IMG/VR virus record: IMGVR_UViG_3300006120_000016
Length of the DNA: 20,000 bases
Strand: one strand, 5' to 3'
Source of the DNA: an uncultured virus (IMG/VR IMGVR_UViG_3300006120_000016)
Taxonomy: Duplodnaviria > Heunggongvirae > Uroviricota > Caudoviricetes
A program made the position numbers and the translations under genes. A model generated the notes under the pieces. That model saw only the letters and a list, made by a program, of their open reading frames with translations. It did not search any database and had not been told where the DNA came from. Shown one piece after another: positions 1 to 9,340 of the stretch (positions within the stretch are counted from its first letter, which is position 1; each line of letters opens with the position of its first letter).

Positions 1-682
1 TAATTTTGCAACTCAGGGTATCACCTATGCAAGTTCATATGCTGTAATGGACGGCAACTACAAGTATCAATACGACAAGTATAATGATACATATCATTGG
101 GTTCCATTGAATGGCGATATCGCAGGTCTTTGTGCTGGTACAGATTATACCAACGATCCTTGGTGGTCTCCTGCTGGATTTAATCGTGGTCAGATTAAGA
201 ACGTTACTAAACTTGCTTATAATCCAAATCAAGCACAGCGTGATCTTCTATACATTAACTATATTAATCCTGTAGCAACTTTCCAGAGTCAGGGGACTGT
301 TCTATATGGTGATAAAACTATGATTGGTCATCCATCAGCATTCGATCACATCAATGTCCGTAGACTGTTTATTGTTCTAGAAAAGGCAATTTCCATTGCT
401 GCACAGCAAAGTCTTTTTGAATTCAATGATACCTTTACTCGTTCACAATTTGTTAATATGGTAACTCCATATCTCAGACAGATTCAAGGGCGTCGTGGTA
501 TCTATGATTTCAGAGTTGTTTGCGATAAAACAAATAATACCCAAGCTGTTATTGACGGAAATCAGTTTGTTGGTGACATCTATATTCAGCCAGCCAGATC
601 AATCAATTACATAACTCTAAATTTTGTGGCGGTTCGTACCGGAGTAGATTTCAACACAATCGTTGGTACATTTGGCGGTTAA
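1..682 (+). CDS. gp18: Tail sheath protein, C-terminal part (gene begins before the window)
   Basis: Frame is open from nt 2. T4 gp18 motifs WWSPAGFNRGQI, GTVLYGDKT, SAFDHINVRRLF, FEFNDTFTR and PARSINYITLNFVA; followed by the tube gene. Confidence 0.97.
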   Translation, partial: NFATQGITYASSYAVMDGNYKYQYDKYNDTYHWVPLNGDIAGLCAGTDYTNDPWWSPAGFNRGQIKNVTKLAYNPNQAQRDLLYINYINPVATFQSQGTVLYGDKTMIGHPSAFDHINVRRLFIVLEKAISIAAQQSLFEFNDTFTRSQFVNMVTPYLRQIQGRRGIYDFRVVCDKTNNTQAVIDGNQFVGDIYIQPARSINYITLNFVAVRTGVDFNTIVGTFGG

Positions 683-706
683 TAAGAAAATATAAGGAGC
701 AATACA

Positions 707-1270
707 ATGGCTTTCAGTATCACCGATATTCTATCAAACTTTCAATTCGAGGGTGCGCGTCCTACATTATTCAATGTATCGATTACCATTCCTCAAGACA
801 ATACCACAAGCCAGCTAACTCAGTTTCTGGTAAGTTCAACATCTATTCCTGCATCAGATCTTGGAAACATTGCAGTTCCATATTTTGGTCGTATTGTAAA
901 TTTTGCTGGTGATAGAACATATCAACCATGGAATGTTACAATTATGAACGATGAGAACTTTGCAGTTCGTAACGCTCTTGAAACATGGTCCAATCTTATT
1001 AATAAGAGAGAGCTAAACACTCGCGATCCATCTGTTGCTTCTCAGGGCTATAAATCAACTGCTATTGTGACTCAACTTGCAAAAACTGGCGAAGCCCTTA
1101 GAGCATATAAGTTCAATGGACTTTATCCAACATCAATTCAGCCAATTCGGTTGGATTGGAATGCAGTTAATGTGTTTGAATCGTTCGATGTTCAGTTCAC
1201 ATATGATTGGTGGGAAATTTCAACTAGTGGTGATGCGGGAACTACTGGTGATGGGGGCGGATTGAATTAA
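707..1270 (+). CDS. gp19: Tail tube protein
   Basis: GARPTLF, VPYFGRIVNFAGDRTY.PW.VTIMNDENF and F.V.FTYDWW motifs; AAGGAG SD; synteny with gp18 and gp20. Confidence 0.96.
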   Translation: MAFSITDILSNFQFEGARPTLFNVSITIPQDNTTSQLTQFLVSSTSIPASDLGNIAVPYFGRIVNFAGDRTYQPWNVTIMNDENFAVRNALETWSNLINKRELNTRDPSVASQGYKSTAIVTQLAKTGEALRAYKFNGLYPTSIQPIRLDWNAVNVFESFDVQFTYDWWEISTSGDAGTTGDGGGLN

Positions 1271-1274
1271 GTGA

Positions 1275-1282
1275 TATAAATA
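1275..1282 (+). promoter_or_regulatory. T4-type late promoter (gp55-dependent)
   Basis: Exact TATAAATA in the gp19-gp20 intergenic gap; gp55 is encoded in this window. Confidence 0.85.
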
Positions 1283-1312
1283 CATTATATTATGGATTAA
1301 AGGAGTGCCGCT

Positions 1313-4243
1313 TTGGAATTATTTGGATGGGAAATTGCTAAGAAGAAAGATGATTTAGATCTTTCTTCTTTTGCGCCTAAGGAAACAGATGATGGTGCTA
1401 TGGTTGTCACTGCTGGTGGCACCTATGGCACTTATTTGGACATGGAAGGTTCTGCTAAGACTGAAGCAGAATTGGTTGTCAAATATAGAGAAATGGCACT
1501 CCAGCCAGAGTGTGAAAAGGCAGTTGATGAAGTAACAAATGAAGCCATCGTTAAAGAAGGCAATGATAAAATTGTTACTTTAAATCTAGATGATATTAAG
1601 TCTTTAAACGATAAAATCAAGAAAATCGTTCAAGACGAATTTGATGGGGTCACTCAGCTTCTTAATTTCAATAACTATGGATATGAAATTTTCCGTAGAT
1701 GGTATGTAGATGGAAGACTCTACTATCATGTTATGATTGATGAGAATAATCCAGAACAAGGCATTCAGGAACTTCGTTATATAGATCCCCGCAAAATTCG
1801 TAAGGTAAGATTACTTACTCGTGAACGTAAGGGTCAAATCTATATCAACAGGAACACTGCCGAGTTTTATGTTTATAACGAAAAAGGATTCAAGGCAACC
1901 GGTTCTACTGGTATGGACAATCAGGGTCTGAGGATTTCCACAGATTCAATTCTCCATTGCACATCAGGACTTATGGATAAAGACGGAAAACTTGTATTAT
2001 CATATATCCATAAGGCAATCAAGCCATTAAATCAACTTCGTATTCTTGAAGACGCCACAGTAATTTATCGTATTTCTCGCGCTCCTGAGCGTCGTGTGTT
2101 CTATATTGATGTTGGTCAGATGCCTAAGATGAAGGCAGAACAACATATGCGTGATATGATGGTAAAGCATAAGAATCGACTAATCTATGATGCCTCCACT
2201 GGTGCAGTAAGAGATGATCGTAAGTTCGCATGTTATGCTCTAGACACAAAAATTCCACTTCTTGATGGAAGAACTTTAACTATAGAAGAAATTATCTCTG
2301 AATATAATCAGGGAAGAACAAACTGGGTTTATTCTTGTGATCCTATTACAGGCAAGTTTTATCCCGGACCTATTTCTTGGGCAGGTATTACCAAGAAAGA
2401 AAGTGATGTGGTTAGAGTCACTTTTGACAACGGAAAGAGTGTAGTCTGTACTCCAGATCATAAGTTTCCTGTTTGGAATAAAGGATTCATTGAAGCCAAG
2501 GATCTTCAAGTTGGTGAATCTTTGATTCCCGGATACCGTAGAACCAATAAGGTTGCTAATAACAGCAAAGAATACGAACAGATTTATCTTAATGACACCA
2601 AGACTTGGGAATTTACACACAGGGAAGTTGCCAAGTGGAAAGACGATCTAGGACTAACAGAAACCAAGGTTTACAAAGATCATACTGAGGATTTTTCTGT
2701 TGTTCATCACCTAGACTTCAACAGAATGAATAATAATCCAGAAAATCTCGTTTATATGGGATATCTAGATCATTGGCTATATCACACAGAAAATCAAACA
2801 ATACGATATACCGATACGATTATTGGTCAAGTCGTCAATATGCTATCTATGAGAAAAACTTCAGATGAGATTTTGTATGAACTAAACTCAAATGAAGAAA
2901 TTATTTCTGAGTGGATGTCGCTGAATTCAGAAAATCATGTCAAGAACAAGAATTTTGATCATCTAATCAAAAAAGATTTGGTCAAAATCTCTAAGATTTG
3001 TGGATTTGAAACTTGGAATAAAATGAGATCTTCCCTTTGTCCACCAAAAGATCAGATTAGAAGAAATCTAACTTCTCAAAGAGGATCTGATGAATGGAAG
3101 CAAAAATTGAGTCAAGCCAGAATAGGAATTGTAAGTAAATCAAAGACTTGGAAAATATTCAATCCAAATGGCGATATTGAAATTGTTGAAAATCTAAATG
3201 AATATTGTAGTGTCAATAATCTGAATAGAACCAATATCAAGGGTCAATTTGGATCTAGAGGATATAAGGCAGAAATCCTGAACAATCATAAAGTTATTTC
3301 TGTAGAATTTCTAGATGAAAAAACTACTGTGGCCGCATTGACAATCGACCAAGAAGAAACCTATCACAGCCATCACACATATCTTCTGGATGCAGGGGTA
3401 TATACCAAAAATACCATGCTTGAAGACTACTGGCTGCCTCGTCGTGAAGGTCAGAACGGAACAGAAATTACTACACTTCCATCAGGACAAAATCTTGGTA
3501 AGCTAGAAGACGTAGAATATTTTGAAAAGAAACTTTATAGAGCTTTAAATGTTCCTGTATCAAGATTGAATCCTGATGAATCCGGATTTAGTCTTGGCCA
3601 ATCAGATGAAATCAGCCGAGATGAACTTTCGTTCCAAAAATTCATTGATAGACTTAGACTTAGATTCTCTGCTCTGTTACTTGGTGCTTTAGAGAAGCAA
3701 TTAATTCTTAAAAAGGTTTTTGCACAATCGGATTGGGATGAGATTAAGGATCTAATTCACTTTGATTATGCAAGAGATAACTATTTTGCTGAATTAAAAG
3801 ACACAGAAATTCTTCTGAATCGTGTTGGAGCACTTGCACAGATTCAACCATTTCTTGGTATGTTCTATTCACAAGAGTGGGTTAAGAAAAATGTCCTATT
3901 CCAGACAGATAATGACATTAAAGAAATGTCTCAGCAGATGGAAAAAGAATCCAAAGAAATGGCTGAGAGGGGCCTTAATCCAGATGGAACTCCAATGATG
4001 ATGGGTCCAGAAGATGATGATCAAGGTGGTTTTGGTAGCGATTCTTCAAGTAAAGGATCTGCGCCAAGTCCTGAACCTAAAAAGGATTCTGGTGTATCAT
4101 CTGGAAATGTTGGTGGAAAAGATGCAGAACCTGCTCCTCACAATAGAAGAGTGCCAAAAGAAAGAAAAACTGAAATTGTTCAAGGTCCATCTGGACCATT
4201 CACTAGACAAATGCCTGTTAGAAGAAACCCTTCAGGTAATTAA
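1313..4243 (+). CDS. gp20: Portal vertex protein precursor containing an intein
   Basis: TTG start after AAGGAG. Portal motifs FRRWYVDGR, ELRYIDPRKI, HKAIKPLNQLRILEDA.VIYRISRAPERRVFYIDVG and MLEDYWLPRREG. A 394-aa insertion lies between DDRKFA and TMLEDYW. Confidence 0.96.
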   Translation: MELFGWEIAKKKDDLDLSSFAPKETDDGAMVVTAGGTYGTYLDMEGSAKTEAELVVKYREMALQPECEKAVDEVTNEAIVKEGNDKIVTLNLDDIKSLNDKIKKIVQDEFDGVTQLLNFNNYGYEIFRRWYVDGRLYYHVMIDENNPEQGIQELRYIDPRKIRKVRLLTRERKGQIYINRNTAEFYVYNEKGFKATGSTGMDNQGLRISTDSILHCTSGLMDKDGKLVLSYIHKAIKPLNQLRILEDATVIYRISRAPERRVFYIDVGQMPKMKAEQHMRDMMVKHKNRLIYDASTGAVRDDRKFACYALDTKIPLLDGRTLTIEEIISEYNQGRTNWVYSCDPITGKFYPGPISWAGITKKESDVVRVTFDNGKSVVCTPDHKFPVWNKGFIEAKDLQVGESLIPGYRRTNKVANNSKEYEQIYLNDTKTWEFTHREVAKWKDDLGLTETKVYKDHTEDFSVVHHLDFNRMNNNPENLVYMGYLDHWLYHTENQTIRYTDTIIGQVVNMLSMRKTSDEILYELNSNEEIISEWMSLNSENHVKNKNFDHLIKKDLVKISKICGFETWNKMRSSLCPPKDQIRRNLTSQRGSDEWKQKLSQARIGIVSKSKTWKIFNPNGDIEIVENLNEYCSVNNLNRTNIKGQFGSRGYKAEILNNHKVISVEFLDEKTTVAALTIDQEETYHSHHTYLLDAGVYTKNTMLEDYWLPRREGQNGTEITTLPSGQNLGKLEDVEYFEKKLYRALNVPVSRLNPDESGFSLGQSDEISRDELSFQKFIDRLRLRFSALLLGALEKQLILKKVFAQSDWDEIKDLIHFDYARDNYFAELKDTEILLNRVGALAQIQPFLGMFYSQEWVKKNVLFQTDNDIKEMSQQMEKESKEMAERGLNPDGTPMMMGPEDDDQGGFGSDSSSKGSAPSPEPKKDSGVSSGNVGGKDAEPAPHNRRVPKERKTEIVQGPSGPFTRQMPVRRNPSGN
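2231..3412 (+). mobile_element. Intein (394 aa) with HNH homing endonuclease domain in the portal gene
   Basis: Block A CYALDTKIPLLDG, block B VCTPDHKF (TxxH), internal HNH VVHHLDFNRMNNNPENL, block F HKVISVEF, and C-terminal HTYLLDAGVYTKN followed by Thr+1. Removing it restores DDRKFA-TMLEDYWLPRREG. Confidence 0.93.
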
Positions 4244-4247
4244 AATT

Positions 4248-4255
4248 TATAAATA
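4248..4255 (+). promoter_or_regulatory. T4-type late promoter
   Basis: Exact TATAAATA just after the portal stop, followed by a GGAG SD. Confidence 0.8.
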
Positions 4256-4265
4256 GGAGATGCAA

Positions 4266-4439
4266 ATGAGTGATAACGAATATACAACCCACGATGTAGT
4301 TGATGCCGCCATTAATGGAGAAGTCGCTAGTCTTGAACAAACATTCGATTATGTCATGAGGCAAAAGATTAATCAGGCACTAGAGGGCAGGAAACAAGAA
4401 ATTGGCCTGAGTCTAGGAGAAGTCGAAGAGGACGAATAA
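4266..4439 (+). CDS. Small prohead core protein, gp67-like (57 aa; not in the ORF track)
   Basis: Manual translation MSDNEYTTHDVVDAAINGEVASLEQTFDYVMRQKINQALEGRKQEIGLSLGEVEEDE. GGAG SD; helical and acidic; occupies the gp67 position after the portal; TAATG overlap with the next gene. Confidence 0.8.
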   Translation: MSDNEYTTHDVVDAAINGEVASLEQTFDYVMRQKINQALEGRKQEIGLSLGEVEEDE

Positions 4440-5767
4440 TGACAAAAGCAAGAGTCGATAAGGACAACAGCGATTATCTATCTAAGACAGCTAGACCAGA
4501 AGGAGAGTCTAAGACTGCTTATTGGTCAAAAGATTCTATTGAAGGGGCTGGAAGTCAAGCTGACGCCAATGGAACGTCTGGAGAAGCAGATAGGTCTGGC
4601 AATAAGCAAGATGTCTATAGTGGCGGAACTAAGAAAGACAAGACTCGTATTGCAGATCGTCCTATGAAACTTGTTTCTGGTGAAACTGGTATTGGTGATA
4701 CTGGAACCGGTCTTGGTGAATCTGATAATCCTTTTGCTAAAGTTATTGCCAGAAGATTTGGTCTACAAGAAGACGAAAATCCCGGAGTGGCATCATCGTC
4801 ATCAACTTCTGATAATCCTTCATTAGGAATGATGTCGGTTAACAATACAGACTTTCGTCAAGATGCACCTAATATCAAAAATATTCTAGAGGCAATTGCG
4901 CTTCAGGCTGCAGATTCTTTTGAATTGATGGATGAAAATAGGAAAGTTCCTCCTGCAATATCAACTCAACTTGAAAATTGTCAGAATATTATTACAAAAT
5001 TTTATCAGTATATGACAAGTAATGCAGACAAATCTCCTTCATCAGATCCAGCCGATACCCCTCCTGTTCAAAAAGATACTGCTGAACGCAAAACTGCAGT
5101 TAATGAAAGCGATGAATATCCCAGTTTCGTTCGTCGTAAGGACGCAAAAGGTAATCCAAGACTTACTAACATAAGAATAACAGACACAACTCCAAAACCT
5201 CCAGAAGATGTAAGAACTCCTTTTGAAAAAGCAACCAATGTTTCGATTCATCGTTCTGTAAATTATAGAAAAGAATCTTTAGAGAATTTCTATCTCTATG
5301 CAGAAACTGCTGAGGGAGATTCATTCGAATCTGAGCCTTTGACTGAAATGGAAGCAGATACAAATATGCAAGAGATGATCGAATCTGGTGCATATACCAT
5401 TATCGAAAAGAAACTAATTGGTAATCAAAATAAATTAGATGCTAATCATAATGGACATTTAGATTCTGATGATTTCAAGAAACTTCGTGGTAAGAAGACC
5501 ATGAAGGAAGCGGTTAATGTTGTATTCCGTAATCTATTAAAGGATAATCTCGAACATATTGATGAAGTTCTTGATACAAAAGAACGAATTAAATCATATC
5601 TGAAACCTGCCGGAAAAGATAGAGGAAAGCAAATCGCTCAATATCAAATAAACCGAGATGTTGATCTTGATGCAGCAGATGAAAATCGCAGAAAATTTGC
5701 TAATAGAACATCTGGTATTATTCGAGCAAAGAAAAAAAGATCTTCTTATAATACAGGAGAAGAATAA
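4439..5767 (+). CDS. Hypothetical head-region protein (442 aa), probable internal/core protein with an EF-hand-like motif
   Basis: Coupled at both ends by TAATG overlaps. Hydrophilic and low-complexity, with many (L/I/V/M)-x-E sites and a DANHNGHLDSDDF loop. Confidence 0.75.
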   Translation: MTKARVDKDNSDYLSKTARPEGESKTAYWSKDSIEGAGSQADANGTSGEADRSGNKQDVYSGGTKKDKTRIADRPMKLVSGETGIGDTGTGLGESDNPFAKVIARRFGLQEDENPGVASSSSTSDNPSLGMMSVNNTDFRQDAPNIKNILEAIALQAADSFELMDENRKVPPAISTQLENCQNIITKFYQYMTSNADKSPSSDPADTPPVQKDTAERKTAVNESDEYPSFVRRKDAKGNPRLTNIRITDTTPKPPEDVRTPFEKATNVSIHRSVNYRKESLENFYLYAETAEGDSFESEPLTEMEADTNMQEMIESGAYTIIEKKLIGNQNKLDANHNGHLDSDDFKKLRGKKTMKEAVNVVFRNLLKDNLEHIDEVLDTKERIKSYLKPAGKDRGKQIAQYQINRDVDLDAADENRRKFANRTSGIIRAKKKRSSYNTGEE

Positions 5768-6111
5768 TGCCGATCATTAAAAATCAAATCGGTGGTCATG
5801 TCGGAACATTCGACACCGCCAATGTAACATATACCACAGCAAATATCGCTTCTCCAAATAGTTCAGTTGAAACTGTAACTGGTATGGCACTTGCTCGTAT
5901 TCTTTGGACAGGCGATTGGGTTGTAAAGCAAGGATCTAATGTAATTTTCCAAGCACCAGCAGGAACTAGTGGAACATGGGATGTTTCTGCCGAGGGTCTT
6001 CTTTTGATGGGATCAAACAATGCTGCTAATATCACTGCGAATACAGCCAATACTCAATCTTCTATCGCTCTTGTTCTAACCAAGTATGCTTATAATACGG
6101 CTGGAGTCTAA
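5767..6111 (+). CDS. Hypothetical small beta-rich virion/head-associated protein
   Basis: AGGAG SD; lies in the late operon just before gp21; T/A/N/G-rich composition typical of structural proteins. Confidence 0.7.
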   Translation: MPIIKNQIGGHVGTFDTANVTYTTANIASPNSSVETVTGMALARILWTGDWVVKQGSNVIFQAPAGTSGTWDVSAEGLLLMGSNNAANITANTANTQSSIALVLTKYAYNTAGV

Positions 6112-6114
6112 GAA

Positions 6115-6783
6115 ATGAAACTGATCACCGAAAACATTGAAGAAATTCGTGTTATTTCAGAAGCCAGAGAAGATGGCAAGAAGAATCTGTATCTAGAAGG
6201 CATCTTCATGATGGCAGAGGAACCAAATAGAAATGGTCGCCGTTATGGTAGATCAATTCTAGAAAATGCTGTGAACAAATATACTGGAAAGTATATTAAA
6301 GAAAACCGTGCATATGCTGAACTTGGACATCCTCAGGGACCAAATATCAATCTAGAAAGAGTTTGTGGACTTCATGAATCTCTTAAATGGGATGGCAACA
6401 ATGTTATTGGTCGTATGAAAGTAACCAGTACACCTTATGGTCAGATTGTTGCCGGTCTAATTGAAGATGGTGCCAGACTTGGTATGTCATCAAGAGGTAT
6501 GGGTTCAGTGGTTGAGGGTAAAGATGGCATCATGGAAGTCAAGGACGATTTTGTTCTGGCTACTGCTGCAGATGTTGTTGCAGACCCTTCGGCACCTCAA
6601 GCATTCGTTCGCGGAATCATGGAAAATGTAAACTGGGTTTATGATTCATCTAATGATTCTTGGCAAGCACAACAGTTTATTGAACAGACAAAGCAGGAAA
6701 TGAAAAAGATGACTGTATCTGCCATCAATGAAAATAGCATCGCATATTTTGAGCATTATCTTCGTAGATTATCTTCAAAATAA
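6115..6783 (+). CDS. gp21: Prohead core protease
   Basis: MKLITE start, LYLEGIF, NRNGRRY, ELGHP (catalytic His), GMSSRGMGS (catalytic Ser) and DVVADPSAPQAFV. Confidence 0.97.
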   Translation: MKLITENIEEIRVISEAREDGKKNLYLEGIFMMAEEPNRNGRRYGRSILENAVNKYTGKYIKENRAYAELGHPQGPNINLERVCGLHESLKWDGNNVIGRMKVTSTPYGQIVAGLIEDGARLGMSSRGMGSVVEGKDGIMEVKDDFVLATAADVVADPSAPQAFVRGIMENVNWVYDSSNDSWQAQQFIEQTKQEMKKMTVSAINENSIAYFEHYLRRLSSK

Positions 6784-6789
6784 AGATTT

Positions 6790-6797
6790 TATAAATA
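6790..6797 (+). promoter_or_regulatory. T4-type late promoter
   Basis: Exact TATAAATA between gp21 and gp22. Confidence 0.85.
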
Positions 6798-6819
6798 GAT
6801 AAAACAAAGGAGTAAACCA

Positions 6820-7878
6820 ATGGCAACTAGAAAGCAAAGCCATGAACTTGATGAGAATTTCAAGTCAGTTGATGGTCAAAGTGAACTTCCAGAGCCTGCA
6901 ATTCAAGGTAGCGCAAAGCGTGGTGCCGACAAGTCAGCAGGCGAAACAGAATATTCACAGACAACTAAATCAGAAGTTCTGGCTAAGTTGATGAATGATC
7001 TTCAATCACGCAGTCATGAAGAAGTTCTTAATGTTTATAAGGCAGTATCATCAACTACTGATTCTGTCAATAAGCGTTCAGCGGATAAAAATCTAAATGG
7101 CGGTGAAACTTATGATACAACAACTCATGCTGCAACTGCTGTAAAGCCTATTGTTGCTCGTGAGCACGTTGAAGAAATCTTCACTGGCGAAGAGATGTCA
7201 GAAGATCTTATGAACCGTGCTGCTGTAGTTTATGAAGCTGCAGTTAATCAACGTCTGGCTATTATGGAATCTCGTCTTGAGGAGCAATATACTGCTGCTC
7301 TAGAAGAAGCTATTGATCATGTTCATGAAGAATTAGTTGAGTCCGTTGACAAGTATATGTCATATGTAGCCAATCAGTGGGTTGCAGATAATGAACTAGC
7401 TATTGATAATGGTCTTAAGGTCGAAATGGCTGAAGAGTTCCTTCTTGGATTGAAGAATCTCTTTGAGACCAATTATGTAACAGTTTCTGAAGACCGCGAA
7501 GACGTTTTATCTTCGATGGCCGAAGAAATTGAGAATCTCAATCATCGTCTAAATGAGGAAGTTGAAAAGAACATTTCTCTTTCAGAAAAGATTGAATATT
7601 CTCAAATCGGTGAAATCGTTGCCGAAATGACAGAGGGTATGACTATCTCTGATAGAGAAAAGTTTAAGTCTCTGGCAGAAAACATTAGCTTTGCTGATGT
7701 GGGCGATTTCGTTTCCAAGGCGGAAACAATCAAAGAATCATACTTTTCATCTAAGAAGTCACATACTGCTGCTCAACCTCTAACTGAAGATTTCTTCGCA
7801 GAGGAAGACACAAAGGCAAATGTTCCTTCAAACATGAAAGTGTATGCTGAACATCTTGCGAGAATCTCAAAAGTTTAA
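6820..7878 (+). CDS. gp22: Prohead core scaffold protein
   Basis: Acidic coiled coil with AAVVYEAAV, VDKYMSYVANQWVADNELAIDNGLKVEMAEEFLLGLKNLF and IKESYF; lies between gp21 and gp23. Confidence 0.94.
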   Translation: MATRKQSHELDENFKSVDGQSELPEPAIQGSAKRGADKSAGETEYSQTTKSEVLAKLMNDLQSRSHEEVLNVYKAVSSTTDSVNKRSADKNLNGGETYDTTTHAATAVKPIVAREHVEEIFTGEEMSEDLMNRAAVVYEAAVNQRLAIMESRLEEQYTAALEEAIDHVHEELVESVDKYMSYVANQWVADNELAIDNGLKVEMAEEFLLGLKNLFETNYVTVSEDREDVLSSMAEEIENLNHRLNEEVEKNISLSEKIEYSQIGEIVAEMTEGMTISDREKFKSLAENISFADVGDFVSKAETIKESYFSSKKSHTAAQPLTEDFFAEEDTKANVPSNMKVYAEHLARISKV

Positions 7879-7882
7879 TTAG

Positions 7883-7890
7883 TATAAATA
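7883..7890 (+). promoter_or_regulatory. T4-type late promoter
   Basis: Exact TATAAATA upstream of the major capsid gene. Confidence 0.88.
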
Positions 7891-7926
7891 AACAATAACT
7901 CAAAAAAGAATAAGGGAGTTACTAAA

Positions 7927-9279
7927 ATGAGCTTACATTCAGAAATTCAACAGAAGTGGAGTGCTATTCTTGAGCATGACGCTCTGCCCCGTATCGAGAA
8001 CAACCACAAGCGTTCTGTCATTGCACAGCTTCTAGAGAACACCGAACGTGCTCTTATGGAAGAGGGCAATCAGGGCGGTCAGACATCAATGCTGTCTGAG
8101 ACTTCAGGTTCACTTGCAACATCACTTTCTGGTGGCGTACAGAACTATGATCCAGTTCTAATTTCACTAGTTCGTCGTGCAATGCCTAACCTGATTGCTT
8201 ATGACATTTGCGGCGTTCAGCCAATGACTGGTCCTACCGGCCTGATCTTTGCTCTTCGTCCTCAGTACGACAATCAGAGCGGTGCCAATGCCTTCTACAA
8301 CGAAGCTAACACCGGCCAGTCAACCTATGGTCGCACAGGCAATACTCAGGTCGTTGGCCAAGCCAATCAGACTTGGGGTGGCATCTACGGTGTGAACACC
8401 GCCACTGTTGTTTCAGGCAACTCACAGACCTATAACTTTGCTGGTGGTGCTAATTCTGCTCAGTCAGAAGCTCTTGGTTCAACTGGTAACGTTGACTTCA
8501 ACCAGATGGCTTTCAGCATCGACAAGGTTACCGTGACCGCTCAGTCACGCGCCCTGAAGGCTGAATACACCATCGAACTAGCTCAGGATCTGAAGGCAAT
8601 TCACGGTCTGGATGCTGAGACTGAACTATCAACCATCCTTTCAGCAGAAATTCTTGCTGAAATCAACCGCGAAATCGTTCGTACCATCAATCTAACCGCT
8701 AATCAGGGTGCTGCTGAAACCACCACTGCAGGCACTTTCGATCTTGATATCGACTCAAATGGTCGTTGGTCAGTTGAGAAGTTCAAGGGTCTGATGTTCC
8801 AGATCGAGCGTGAAGCTAACCGTATTGCCAAAGACACCCGTCGTGGTAAGGGCAATATCATGATCTGCTCTTCTGACGTTGCTTCTGCTCTTCAGATGGC
8901 CGGTGTTCTTGATTACGCTCCTGCTCTTAACAGCAATAACCTTGAAGTCGATGATACAGGTAATACCTTCGCTGGTGTTCTTAATGGTCGCATTCGCGTC
9001 TATATCGATCCCTATGCTGCTGGTAACTATCTGACTGTTGGTTATAAGGGTGCTTCAGCATTTGATGCTGGTCTGTTCTACTGCCCATATGTTCCATTAC
9101 AGATGGTTCGTGCAGTTGGTCAGGATACCTTTCAACCGAAAATCGGCTTCAAAACCAGATACGGGGTCGTCGCCAATCCATTCGCTTTTGGCGCTAACCC
9201 CAATGGTTACACTCCCGGTCAGTTGATCCAGAGCACTAACCTATATTATCGCAGAACTCTTGTCAACAACATCCTTTAA
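7927..9279 (+). CDS. gp23: Major capsid protein
   Basis: DPVLISLVRRAMPNLIAYDICGVQPMTGPTGLIFA, SRALKAEYTIELAQDLKAIHGLDAE, EILAEINRE, DAGLFYCPYVPL and FQPKIGFKTRYG. Confidence 0.99.
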   Translation: MSLHSEIQQKWSAILEHDALPRIENNHKRSVIAQLLENTERALMEEGNQGGQTSMLSETSGSLATSLSGGVQNYDPVLISLVRRAMPNLIAYDICGVQPMTGPTGLIFALRPQYDNQSGANAFYNEANTGQSTYGRTGNTQVVGQANQTWGGIYGVNTATVVSGNSQTYNFAGGANSAQSEALGSTGNVDFNQMAFSIDKVTVTAQSRALKAEYTIELAQDLKAIHGLDAETELSTILSAEILAEINREIVRTINLTANQGAAETTTAGTFDLDIDSNGRWSVEKFKGLMFQIEREANRIAKDTRRGKGNIMICSSDVASALQMAGVLDYAPALNSNNLEVDDTGNTFAGVLNGRIRVYIDPYAAGNYLTVGYKGASAFDAGLFYCPYVPLQMVRAVGQDTFQPKIGFKTRYGVVANPFAFGANPNGYTPGQLIQSTNLYYRRTLVNNIL

Positions 9280-9304
9280 TTGTTGCTGATTATTATGTAG
9301 TTTG

Positions 9305-9340
9305 AAAATAGAGGAGTAGGGAAACTTACTCCTCTATTTT
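9305..9340. terminator. Bidirectional intrinsic terminator
   Basis: AAAATAGAGGAGTAGG-GAAA-CTTACTCCTCTATTTT: a 16-bp stem with one G-U pair, a GAAA tetraloop and A/T tracts on both sides, between convergent genes. Confidence 0.92.
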
